Assembly (NCBI GenBank): GCA_964016885.1
Contig: OZ024740.1
Span: 403,992,001-404,056,000, forward strand
DNA: 64,000 nt
Direction: 5' to 3'
Origin: Eledone cirrhosa
Lineage: Eukaryota
Shown: one piece after another, positions 24,201-39,200 of the stretch
How positions within the stretch are numbered: position 1 is the first letter of the stretch
Layout of the letters: every line of letters starts with the position of its first letter
Notes under the pieces: model-generated
The model's input: the letters and a program-made list of their open reading frames with translations, nothing else
Database searches by the model: none
What the model was told of the DNA's origin: nothing
Position numbers and translations under genes: made by a program

Positions 24201-27200
24201 AGGCTTNNNNNNNNNNNNNNNNNNNNNNNNNNNNNNNNNNNNNNNNNNNNNNNNNNNNNNNNNNNNNNNNNNNNNNNNNNNNNNNNNNNNNNNNNNNNNN
24301 NNNNNNNNNNNNNNNNNNNNNNNNNNNNNNNNNNNNNNNNNNNNNNNNNNNNNNNNNNNNNNNNNNNNNNNNNNNNNNNNNNNNNNNNNNNNNNNNNNNN
24401 NNNNNNCACTCACAGCAGAAGCTTTACCACCAACAACAACAGCACTAACAGCAGCAGCACTATCATCAACAACAGCAACAGCACTAACAGCAGAAGCTTT
24501 ACCATCACCAACAACAACAGCACTAACAGCAGAGGCTTTACCATCATCAACAACAGCACTAACAGCAGAAGCTTTACTACCAACAACAACAGCACTAACA
24601 GCAGAGGCTTTACCATCACCAACAACAACAGCACTAACAGCAGAAGCTTTACCATCAACAACAACAACAGCACTAACAGCAGAAGCTTTACCATCACCAA
24701 CAACAACAGCACTAAAGCAGAGGCTTTGCCATCAACAACAAAAACAGCACTAACAGCAGGAGCTTTACCATCACCAACAACAACAGCACCAACAGCAGGA
24801 GCTTTACCATCAACAACAACAACAGCACTAACAGCAGAAGCTTTACCATCACCAACAACAACAGCACGAACAGCAGAAGCTTTACCATCACCAACAACAA
24901 CAGCACCAACAGCAGAAGCTTTACCATCAACAACAACAACAGCACTAACAGCAGAAGCTTTACCATCACCAACAACAACAGCACCAACAGCAGAAGCTTT
25001 ACCATCAACAACAACAACAGCACCAACAGCAGAAGCTTTACCATCAACAACAACAACAACACTAACAGCAGAAGCTTTACCATCACCAACAACAACAGCA
25101 CCAACAGCAGAAGCTTTACCATCAACAACAACAACAGCACTAACAGCAGAGGCTTTACCATCACCAACAACAACAGCACTAACAGCAGAAGCTTTACCAT
25201 CAACAACAACAACAGCACTAACAGCAGAGGCTTTACCATCACCAACAACAACAGCACTCACAGCAGAAGCTTTACCACCAACAACAACAGCACTAACAGC
25301 AGCAGCACTACCATCAACACAGCAACAGCACCAACAGCAGAAGCTTTACCATCAACAACAACAACAGCACTAACATCAGAAGCTTTACCATCACCAACAA
25401 CAACAGCACCAACAGCAGAAGCTTTACCATCAACAACAACAACAGCACTAACAGCAGAAGCTTTACCATCAACAACAACAACAGCACTAACAGCAGAGGC
25501 TTTACCATCAACAACAACAACAGCACTAACAGCAGAGGCTTTACCATCAACAACAACAACAACACAAACAGCAGAAGCTTTACCATCAACAACAACAACA
25601 GCACTAAAAGCAGAGGCTTTACCATCAACATCAACAACAGCACTAACAGCAGAGGCTTTACCATCACCAACAACAACAGCACTAACAGCAGAAGCTTTAC
25701 CATCACCAACAACAACAGCACTAACAGCAGAAGCTTTACCATCACCAACAACAACAGCACTAACAGCAGAAGCTTTACCATCACCAACAACAACAGCACT
25801 AACAGCAGAAGCTTTACCATCAACAACAACAACAGCACTAACAGCAGAAGCTTTACCATCACCAACAACAACAGCACTAACAGCAGAGGCTTTACCATCA
25901 ACAACAACAACAGCACTAACAGCAGAAGCTTTACCATCACCAACAACAACAGCACTAACAGCAGAAGCTTTACCATCACCAACAACAACAGCACTAACAG
26001 CAGAGGATTTACCATCAACAACAACAACAGCACTAACAGCAGAAGCTTTACCATCACCAACAACAACAGCACTAACAGCAGAGGATTTACCATCACCATC
26101 AACAACAGCACTAACAGCAGAAACTTTACCATCACCAACAACAACAGCACTAACAGCGGAGGCTTTACCATCACCAACAACAACAGCACTAACAGCAGAA
26201 GCTTTACCATCACCAACAACAACAGCACTAACAGCAGAAGCTTTACCATCAACAACAGCACTAACAGCAGAGGCTTTACCATCAACAACAACAACAGCAC
26301 TAACAGCAGAAGCTTTACCAGCAACAACAACAACAGCACTAACAGCAGAAGCTTTACCATCACCAACAACAACAGCACTAACAGCAGAAGCTTTACCATC
26401 AACAACAACAACAGCACTAACAGCAGAGGCTTTACCATCACCAACAACAACAGCACTCACAGCAGAAGCTTTACCACCAACAACAACAGCACTAACAGCA
26501 GCAGCACTATCATCAACAACAGCAACAGCACTAACAGCAGAAGCTTTACCATCACCAACAACAACAGCACTAACAGCAGAAGCTTTACCATCAACAACAA
26601 CAACAGCACTAACAGCAGAGGCTTTACCATCAACAACAACAACAGCGCTAACAGCAGAACTTTACCATCAACAACAACAACAGCACTAACAGCAGAAGCT
26701 TTACCATCACCAACAACGACAGCACTAACAGCAGAAACTTTACCATCACCAACAACAACAGCACTAACAGCAGAAGCTTTACCATCACCAACAACAACAG
26801 CACTAACAGCAGAAGCTTTACCATCAACAACAACAACAGCACTAACAGCAGAAGCTTTACCATCACCAACAACAACAGCACTAACAGCAGAGGCTTTGCC
26901 ATCAACAACAACAACAGCACTAACAGCAGAAACTTTACCATCACCAACAACAACAGCACTAACAGCAGAAGCTTTACCATCAACAACAACAACAGCACTA
27001 ACAGCAGAAGCTTTACCATCACCAACAACAACAGCACTAACAGCAGAGGCTTTGCCATCACCAACAACAACAGCACCAACAGCAGAAGCTTTACCATCAC
27101 CAGCAACAACAGCACTAACAGCAGAAGCTTTACCATCAATAACAACAACAGCACTAACAGCAGAAGCTTTACCACCAACAACAACAGCACTAACAGCAGA

Positions 27201-30200
27201 GGCTTTGCCATCACTAACAAGAACAGCACTAACAGCAGAAGCTTTACCATCAACAACAACAACAGCACTAACAGCAGAAGCTTTACCACCAACAACAACA
27301 GCACTAACAGCAGAGGCTTTACCATCAACAACAACAACAGCACTAACAGCAGAGGCTTTGCCATCACCAACAACAACAGCACTAACAGCAGAAGCTTTAC
27401 CATCAACAACAACAGCACTAACAGCAGAAGCTTTACCATCAACAACAACAACAGCACTAACAGCAGAGGCTTTACCATCAACAACAACAACAGCACTAAC
27501 AGCAGAGGTTTGCCATCACCAACAACAACAGCACTAACAGCAGAAGCTTTACCATCAACAACAACAACAGCACTAACAGCAGAGGCTTTACCATCACCAA
27601 CAACAACAGCACTAACAGCAGAGGCTTTACCATCAACAACAACAACAGCACTAACAGCAGAAGCTTTACCATCAACAACAACAACAGCACTAACAGCAGA
27701 GGCTTTGCCATCACCAATAACAACAGCACCAACAGCAGAAGCATTACCATCAACAACAACAGCACTAACAGCAGAAGCTTTACCACCAACAACAACAGCA
27801 CTAACAGCAGAGGCTTTACCACCAACAACAACAACAGCACTAACAGCAGAGGCTTTACAATCACCAACAACAACAGCACTAACGGCAGAAGCTTTACCAT
27901 CAACAACAACAACAGCACTAACAGCAGAGGCTTTGCCTTCACCAACACCAACAGCACTAACAGCAGAAGCTTTACCATCAACAACAACAACAGCACTAAC
28001 AGCAGAAGCTTTACCATCAACGACAACAACAGCATTAACAGCAGAGGCTTTACCATCACCAACAACAGCACTAACAGCAGAAGCTTTACCATCAACAACA
28101 ACAGCACTAACAGCAGAAGCTTTACCATCATCAACAACAACAGCACTAACAGCAGAAGCTTTACTATCAACAACAACAACAGCACTAACAGCAGAAGCTT
28201 TACCATCAACAACAACAGCACTAACAGCAGAAGCTTTACCATCATCAACATCAACAGCACTAACAGCAGAACTTTACCATCACCAACAACAATAGCACTA
28301 ACAGCAGAAGCTTTACCATCAACAACAACAGCACTAACAGCATAAGCTTTACCATCACCAACAACAACAGCACTAACAGCAGAAGCTTTACCATCACCAA
28401 CAACAAGAGCACTAACAGCAGAAGCTTTACCATCACCAACAACAACAGCACTAACAGTAGAAGCTTTACCATCACCAACAACAAGAGCACTAACAGCAGA
28501 AGCTTTACCATCACCAACAACAACAGCACTAACAGCAGAAGCTTTACCATCACCAACAACAACAGCACTAACAGCAGAAGCTTTACCAGCACCAACAACA
28601 ACAGCACTAACAGCAGAAGCTTTACCATCAACAACAACAACAGCACTAACAGCAGAAGCTTTACCATCACCAACAACAACACCACTAATAGCAGAGGCTT
28701 TACCATCACCAACAACAACAGCACTAACAGCAGAAGCTTTACCATCAACAACAACAACAGCACTAACAGCAGAAGCTTTACCATCAACAACAACAACAGC
28801 ACTAACAGCAGAGGCTTTACCATCAACAACAACAACAGCGCTAACAGCAGAACTTTACCATCACCAACAACAACAGCACTAACAGAAGAAGCTTTACCAT
28901 CAACAACAACAACAGCACTAACAGCAGAAGCTTTACCATCACCAACAACAACAGCACTAACAGCAGAGGCTTTGCCATCACCAACAACAACAGCACCAAC
29001 AGCAGAAGCTTTACCATCACCAACAACAACAGCACTAACAGCAGAAGATTTACCATCAACAACAACAACAGCACTAACAGCAGAGGGTTTACCATCACCA
29101 ACAACAACAGCACTAACAGCAGAAGCTTTACCATCCCCAACAACAACAGCACTAACAGCAGAAGCTTTACCATCAACAACAACAACAGCACTAACAGCAG
29201 AAGCTTTACCATCACCAACAACAACAGCACTAACAGCAGAAGCTTTACCATCAACAACAACAGCACTAACAGCAGAGGCTTTGCCATCACCAACAACAAC
29301 AGCACTAACAGCAGAAGCTTTACCATCAACAACAACAGCACTAACAGCAGAAGCTTTACCACCAACAACAACAGCACTAACAGCAGAGGCTTTACCATCA
29401 ACAACAACAACAGCACCAACAGCAGAGGTTTGCCATCACCAACAACAACAGCACTAACAGCAGAAGCTTTACCATCAACAACAACAACAGCACTAACAGC
29501 AGAGGCTTTACCACCAACAACAACAACAGCACTAACAGCAGAGGCTTTACCATCACCAACAACAACAGCACTAACTGCAGAAGCTTTACCATCAACAACA
29601 ACAACAGCACTAACAGCAGAGGCTTTGCCATCACCAACACCAACAGCACTGACAGCAGAAGCTTTACCATCAACAACAACAACATCACTAACAGCAGAAG
29701 CTTTACCATCAACGACAACAACAGCATTAACAGCAGAGGCTTTACCATCAACAACAACAACAGCACTAACAGCAGAGGCTTTACCATCACCAACAACAGC
29801 ACTAACAGCAGAAGCTTTACCATCAACAACAACAGCACTAACAGCAGAAGCTTTACCATCACCAACAACAACAGCACTAACAGCAGAAGCTTTACCAGCA
29901 CCAACAACAACAGCACTAACAGCAGAAGCTTTACCATCAACAACAACAACAGCACTAACAGCAGAAGCTTTACCATCACCAACAACAACACCACTAATAG
30001 CAGAGGCTTTACCATCACCAACAACAACAGCACTAACAGCAGAAGCTTTACCATCAACAACAACAACAGCACTAACAGCAGAAGCTTTACCATCAACAAC
30101 AACAACAGCACTAACAGCAGAGGCTTTACCATCAACAACAACAACAGCGCTAACAGCAGAACTTTACCATCACCAACAACAACAGCACTAACAGAAGAAG

Positions 30201-33200
30201 CTTTACCATCAACAACAACAACAGCACTAACAGCAGAAGCTTTACCATCACCAACAACAACAGCACTAACAGCAGAGGCTTTGCCATCACCAACAACAAC
30301 AGCACCAACAGCAGAAGCTTTACCATCACCAACAACAACAGCACTAACAGCAGAAGATTTACCATCAACAACAACAACAGCACTAACAGCAGAGGGTTTA
30401 CCATCACCAACAACAACAGCACTAACAGCAGAAGCTTTACCATCCCCAACAACAACAGCACTAACAGCAGAAGCTTTACCATCAACAACAACAACAGCAC
30501 TAACAGCAGAAGCTTTACCATCACCAACAACAACAGCACTAACAGCAGAAGCTTTACCATCAACAACAACAGCACTAACAGCAGAGGCTTTGCCATCACC
30601 AACAACAACAGCACTAACAGCAGAAGCTTTACCATCAACAACAACAGCACTAACAGCAGAAGCTTTACCACCAACAACAACAGCACTAACAGCAGAGGCT
30701 TTACCATCAACAACAACAACAGCACCAACAGCAGAGGTTTGCCATCACCAACAACAACAGCACTAACAGCAGAAGCTTTACCATCAACAACAACAACAGC
30801 ACTAACAGCAGAGGCTTTACCACCAACAACAACAACAGCACTAACAGCAGAGGCTTTACCATCACCAACAACAACAGCACTAACTGCAGAAGCTTTACCA
30901 TCAACAACAACAACAGCACTAACAGCAGAGGCTTTGCCATCACCAACACCAACAGCACTGACAGCAGAAGCTTTACCATCAACAACAACAACATCACTAA
31001 CAGCAGAAGCTTTACCATCAACGACAACAACAGCATTAACAGCAGAGGCTTTACCATCAACAACAACAACAGCACTAACAGCAGAGGCTTTACCATCACC
31101 AACAACAGCACTAACAGCAGAAGCTTTACCATCAACAACAACAGCACTAACAGCAGAAGCTTTACCATCATCAACAACAACAGCACTAACAGCAGAAGCT
31201 TCACCATCATCAACATCAACAGCACTAACAGCAGAACTTTACCATCACCAACAACAATAGCACTAACAGCAGAAGCTTTACCATCAACAACAACAGCACT
31301 AACAGCATAAGTTTTACCATCACCAACAACAACAGCACTAACAGCAGAAGTTTTACCATCACCAACAACAACAGCACTAACAGCAGAGGCTTTACCATCA
31401 CCAACAACAATAGCACTAACAGCAGAAGCTTTACTATCACCAACAACAACAGCACTAACAGCAGAGGCTTTACCATCAACAACAACAACAGCGCTAACAG
31501 CAGAACTTTACCATCAACAACAACAACAGCACTAACAGCAGAAGCTTTACCATCATCAACAACAACAGCACCAACAGCAGAAGCTTTACAATCACCAACA
31601 ACAACAGCACTAACAGCAGAAGCTTTACCATCAACAACAACAACAGCACTAACAGCAGAAGCTTTACCATCACCAACAACAACAGCACTAACAGCAGAAG
31701 CTTTACCATCACCAACAACAACAGCACTAACAGCAACAGCTTTACCATCACCAACAACAACAGCACTAACAGCAGAGGCTTTGCCATCACCAACAACAAC
31801 AGCACCAACAGCAGAAGCTTTACCATCACCAACAACAACAGCACTAACAGCAGAAGCTTTACCATCAACAACAACAACAGCACTAACAGCAGAAGCTTAA
31901 CCATCAACAACAACAACAGCACTAACAGCAGAGGCTTTACCATCAACGACAACAACATCATTAACAGCAGAGGCTTTACCATCAACAACAACAACAGCAC
32001 TAACAGCAGAGGCTTTACCATCACCAACAACAGCACTAACAGCAGAAGCTTTACCATCAACAACAACAGCACTAACAGCAGAAGCTTTACTATCAACAAC
32101 AACAACAGCACTAACAGCAGAAGCTTCACCATCATCAACATCAACAGCACTAACAGCAGAACTTTACCATCACCAACAACGAGAGCACTAACAGCAGAAG
32201 CTTTACCATCACAAACAACAACAGCACTAACAGCAGAAGCTTTACCAGCACCAACAACAACAGCACTAACAGCAGAAGCTTTACCATCAACAACAACAAC
32301 AGCACTAACAGCAGAAGCTTTACCATCACCAACAACAACAGCACTAATAGCAGAGGCTTTACCATCACCAACAACAACAGCACTAACAGCAGAAGCTTTA
32401 CCATCAACAACAACAACAGCACTAACAGCAGAAGCTTAACCATCAACAACAACAACAGCACTAACAGCAGAGGCTTTACCATCAACAACAACAACAGCAC
32501 CAACAGCAGAAGCTTTACCATCACCAACAACAACAGCACTAACAGCAGAAGCTTTACCATCAACAACAACAGCACTAACAGCATAAGCTTTACCATCACC
32601 AACAACAACAGCACTAACAGCAGAACTTTACCATCACCAACAACAACAGCACTAACAGAAGAAGCTTTACCATCAGCAACAACAACAGCACTAACAGCAG
32701 AAGCTTTACCATCACCAACAACAACAGCACTAACAGCAGAGGCTTTGCCATCACCAACAACAACAGCACCAACAGCAGAAGCTTTACCATCACCAACAAC
32801 AACAGCACTAACAGCAGAAGATTTACCATCAACAACAACAACAGCACTAACAGCAGAGGGTTTACCATCACCACCAACAACAGCACTAACAGCAGAAGCT
32901 TTACCATCCCCAACAACAACAGCACTAACAGCAGAAGCTTTACCATCAACAACAACAACAGCACTAACAGCAGAAGCTTTACCATCACCAACAACAACAG
33001 CACTAACAGCAGAAGCTTTACCATCAACAACAACAGCACTAACAGCAGAGGCTTTGCCATCACCAACAACAACAGCACTAACAGCAGAAGCTTTACCATC
33101 AACAACAACAGCACTAACAGCAGAAGCTTTACCACCAACAACAACAGCACTAACAGCAGAGGCTTTACCATCAACAACAACAACAGCACCAACAGCAGAG

Positions 33201-36200
33201 GTTTGCCATCACCAACAACAACAGCACTAACAGCAGAAGCTTTACCATCAACAACAACAACAGCACTAACAGCAGAGGCTTTACCACCAACAACAACAAC
33301 AGCACTAACAGCAGAGGCTTTACCATCACCAACAACAACAGCACTAACAGCAGAAGCTTTACCATCACCAACAACAACAGCACTAACAGCAGAGGCTTTA
33401 CCATCACCAACAACAACAGCACTAACAGCAGAAGCTTTACCATCACCAACAACAACAGCACTAACAGCAGCAGCTTTACCATCACCAACAACAACAGCAC
33501 TAACAGCAGAGGCTTTGCCATCACCAACAACAACAGCACCAACAGCAGAAGCTTTACCATCACCAACAACAACAGCACTAACAGCAGAAGCTTTACCATC
33601 AGCAACAACAACAGCACTAACAGCAGAGGTTTTACCATCACCAACAACAACAGCACTAACAGCAGAAGCTTTACCATCAACAACAACAACAGCACTAACA
33701 GCAGAAGCTTTACCATCACCAACAACAAGAGCACTAACAGCAGAAGCTTTACCATCACCAACAACAACAGCACTAACAGCAGAAGCTTTACCAGCACCAA
33801 CAACAACAGCACTAACAGCAGAAGCTTTACCATCAACAACAACAACAGCACTAACAGCAGAAGCTTTACCATCAACAACAACAACAGCACTAACAGCAGA
33901 GGCTTTACCATCAACAACAACAACAGCGCTAACAGCAGAACTTTACCATCACCAACAACAAAAGCACTAACAGAAGAAGCTTTACCATCAACAACAACAA
34001 CAGCACTAACAGCAGAAGCTTTACCATCACCAACAACAACAGCACTAACAGCAGAGGCTTTGCCATCACCAACAACAACAGCACCAACAGCAGAAGCTTT
34101 ACCATCACCAACAACACAGCACTAACAGCAGAAGATTTACCATCAACAACAACAACAGCACTAACAGCAGAGGGTTTACCATCACCAACAACAACAGCAC
34201 TAACAGCAGAAGCTTTACCATCCCCAACAACAACAGCACTAACAGCAGAAGCTTTACCATCAACAACAACAACAGCACTAACAGCAGAAGCTTTACCATC
34301 ACCAACAACAACAGCACTAACAGCAGAAGCTTTACCATCAACAACAACAGCACTAACAGCAGAGGCTTTGCCATCACCAACAACAACAGCACTAACAGCA
34401 GAAGCTTTACCATCAACAACAACAGCACTAACAGCAGAAGCTTTACCACCAACAACAACAGCACTAACAGCAGAGGCTTTACCATCAACAACAACAGCAC
34501 CAACAGCAGAGGTTTGCCATCACCAACAACAACAGCACTAACAGCAGAAGCTTTACCATCAACAACAACAACAGCACTAACAGCAGAGGCTTTACCACCA
34601 ACAACAACAACAGCACTAACAGCAGAGGCTTTACCATCACCAACAACAACAGCACTAACGGCAGAAGCTTTACCATTAACAACAACAACAGCACTAACAG
34701 CAGAGGCTTTGCCATCACCAACACCAACAACACTGACAGCAGAAGCTTTACCATCAACAACAACAACAGCACTAACAGCAGAAGCTTTACCATCAACGAC
34801 AACAACAGCATTAACAGCAGAGGCTTTACCATCAACAACAACAACAGCACTAACAGCAGAGGCTTTACCATCACCAACAACAGCACTAACAGCAGAAGCT
34901 TTACCATCAACAACAACAGCATTAACAGCAGAAGCTTTACCATCAACAACAACAACAGCACTAACAGCAGAGGCTTTACCATCAACAACAACAACAGCAC
35001 TAACAGCAGAGGTTTGCCATCACCAACAACAACAGCACTAACAGCAGAAGCTTTACCATCAACAACAACAACAGCACTAACAGCAGAGGCTTTACCATCA
35101 CCAACAACAACAGCACTAACAGCAGAGGCTTTACCATCAACAACAACAACAGCACTAACAGCAGAAGCTTTACCATCAACAACAACAACAGCACTAACAG
35201 CAGAGGCTTTGCCATCACCAATAACAACAGCACCAACAGCAGAAGCTTTACCATCAACAACAACAGCACTAACAGCAGAAGCTTTACCACCAACAACAAC
35301 AGCACTAACAGCAGAGGCTTTACCACCAACAACAACAACAGCACTAACAGCAGAGGCTTTACCATCACCAACAACAACAGCACTAACGGCAGAAGCTTTA
35401 TCATCAACAACAACAACAGCACTAACAGCAGAGGCTTTGCCATCACCAACACCAACAGCACTAACAGCAGAAGCTTTACCATCAACAACAACAACAGCAC
35501 TAACAGCAGAAGCTTTACCATCACCAACAACAACAGCACTAACAGCAGAAGCTTTACCATCAACAACAACAGCACTAACAGCAGAGGCTTTGCCATCACC
35601 AACAACAACAGCACTAACAGCAGAAGCTTTACCATCAACAACAACAGCACTAACAGCAGAAGCTTTACCACCAACAACAACAGCACTAACAGCAGAGGCT
35701 TTACCATCAACAACAACAACAGCACCAACAGCAGAAGCTTTACCATCACCAACAACAACAGCACTAACAGCAGAAGCTTTACTATCAACAACAACAACAG
35801 CACTAACAGCAGAAGCTTCACCATCATCAACATCAACAGCACTAACAGCAGAACTTTACCATCACCAACAACAATAGCACTAACAGCAGAAGCTTTACCA
35901 TCAACAACAACAGCACTAACAGCATAAGTTTTACCATCACCAACAACAACAGCACTAACAGCAGAAGCTTTACCATCACCAACAACAACAGCACTAACAG
36001 CAGAAGCTTTACCATCACCAACAACAACAGCACTAACAGCAGAGGCTTTACCATCACCAACAACAACAGCACTAACAGCAGAGGCTTTACCATCACCAAC
36101 AACAATAGCACTAACAGCAGAAGCTTTACTATCACCAACAACAACAGCACTAACAGCAGAGGCTTTACCATCAACAACAACAACAGCGCTAACAGCAGAA

Positions 36201-39200
36201 CTTTACCATCAACAACAACAACAGCACTAACAGCAGAAGCTTTACCATCATCAACAACAACAGCACCAACAGCAGAAGCTTTACAATCACCAACAACAAC
36301 AGCACTAACAGCAGAAGCTTTACCATCAACAACAACAACAGCACTAACAGCAGAAGCTTTACCATCACCAACAACAACAGCACTAACAGCAGAAGCTTTA
36401 CCATCACCAACAACAACAGCACTAACAGCAGCAGCTTTACCATCACCAACAACAACAGCACTAACAGCAGAGGCTTTGCCATCACCAACACAACAGCACC
36501 AACAGCAGAAGCTTTACCATCACCAACAGCAACAGCACTAACAGCAGAAGCTTTACCATCAGCAACAACAACAGCACTAACAGCAGAGGCTTTACCATCA
36601 CCAACAACAACAGCACTAACAGCAGAAGCTTTACCATCAACAACAACAACAACACTAACAGCAGAAGCTTTACCATCACCAACAACAACAGCACTAACAA
36701 CAGAAGCTTTACCATCACCAACAACAACAGCACTAACAGCAGAAGCTTTACCATCACCAACAACAACAGCACTAACAGCAGAAGCTTTACAATCACCAAC
36801 AACAACAGCACCAACAGCAGAAGCTTTACCATCACCAACAACAACAGCACTAACAGCAGAAGCTTTACCATCAGCAACAACAACAGCACTAACAGCAGAG
36901 GCTTTACCATGACCAACAACAACAGCACTAACAGCAGCAGCTTTACCATCACCAACAACAACAGCACTAACAGCAGAGGCTTTGCCATCACCAACAACAA
37001 CAGCACCAACAGCAGAAGCTTTACCATCACCAACAACAACAGCACTAACAGCAGAAGCTTTACCATCAACAACAACAACAGCACTAACAGCAGAAGCTTT
37101 ACCACCAACAACAACAGCACTAACAGCAGAGGCTTTACCATCAACAACAACAACAGCACTAACAGCAGAAGCTTTACCATCAACAACAACAACAGCACTA
37201 ACAGCAGAAGCTTTACCATCAACAACAACAACAGCACTAACAGCAGAAGCTTTACCATCACCAACAACAACAGCACTAACAGCAGAAGCTTTATCATCAC
37301 CAACAACAACAGCACTAACAGCAGAAGCTTTACCACCAACAACAACAGCACTAACAGCAGAGGCTTTACCATCAACAACAACAACAGCACTAACAGCAGA
37401 AGCTTTACCATCAACAACAACAACAGCACTAATAGCAGAAGCTTTACCATCAACAACAACAACAGCACTAACAGCAGAAGCTTTACCATCAACAACAACA
37501 AGAGTACTAACAGCAGAGGCTTTACCATCAACAACAACAACAGCACTAACAGCAGAAGCTTTACCATCAACAACAACAACAGCACTAACAGCAGAAGCTT
37601 TACCATCAACAACAACAACAGCACTAACAGCAGAAGCTTTACCATCAACAACAACAACAGCACTAACAGCAGAAGCTTTACCATCAACAACAACAACAGC
37701 ACTAACAGCAGAAGCTTTACCACCGACAACAACAGCACTAACAGCAGAGGCTTTACCATCAACAACAACAACAGCACTAACAGCAGAAGCTTTACCATCA
37801 ACAACAACAACAGCACTAACAGCAGAAGCTTTACAATCAACAACAACAACAGCACTAACAGCAGAAGCTTTACCATCAACAACAACAACAGCACTAACAG
37901 CAGAAGCTTTACCATCAACAACAACAACAGCACTAACAGCAGAAGCTTTACCACCAACAACAACAGCACTAACAGCAGAGGCTTTACTATCAACAACAAC
38001 AACAGCACTAACAGCAGAAGCTTTACCATCAAAAACAACAACAGCACTAACAGCAGAAGCTTTACCATCAACAACAACAACAGCACTAACAGCAGAAACT
38101 TTACCATCAACAACAACAACAGCACTAACAGCAGAAGCTTTACTACCAACAACAACAGCACTAACAGCAGAGGCTTTACCATCAACAACAACAACAGCAC
38201 TAACAGCAGCAGCTTTACCATCAACAACAACAACAGCACTAACAGCAGAAGCTTTGCCATCAACAACAACAACAGCACTAACAGCAGAGGCTTTACCATC
38301 ACCAACAACAACAGCACTAACAGCAGAAGCTTTACCACCAACAACAACAGCACTAACAGCAGAGGCTTTACCATCAACAACAACAACAGCACTAACAGCA
38401 GAAGCTTTACCATCACCAACAACAACAGCACTAACAGCAGAAGCTTTACCATCACCAACAACAACAGCACTAACAGCAGAAGCTTTACCATCACCAACAA
38501 CAACAGCACTAACAGCAGAGGCTTTACCATCACCAACAACAACAGCACTAACAGCAGAAGCTTTACCACCAACAACAACAGCACTAACAGCAGAGGCTTT
38601 ACCATCAACAACAACAACAGCACTAACAGCAGAAGCTTTACCATCAACATCAACAACAGCACTAACAGCAGAGGCTTTACCATCAACAACAACAACAACA
38701 GCACAAACAGCAGAAGCTTTACCATCAACAACAACAACAGCACTAACAGCAAAAGCTTTTCCACCAACAACAACAGTACTAACAGCAGAAGCTTTACCAT
38801 CACCAACAACAATAGCACTAACAGCAGAAGCTTTACCATCAACAACAACAACAGCACTAACAGCAGAAGCTTTACCATCACCAACAACAACAGCACTAAC
38901 AGCAGAAGCTTTACCATCAACAACAACAACAGCACTAACAGCAGAAGCTTTACCATCACCAACAACAACAGCACTAACAGCAGAAGCTTTACCATCACCA
39001 ACAACAACAGCACTAACAGCAGAAGCTTTACCATCACCAACAACAACAGCACTAACAGCAGAAGCTTTACCATCACCAACAACAACAGCACTAACAGCAG
39101 AAGCTTTACCATCAACAACAACAACAGCACTAACAGCAGAACTTTACCATCACCAACAACAACAGCACTAACAGCAGAAGCTTTACCATCACCAACAACA

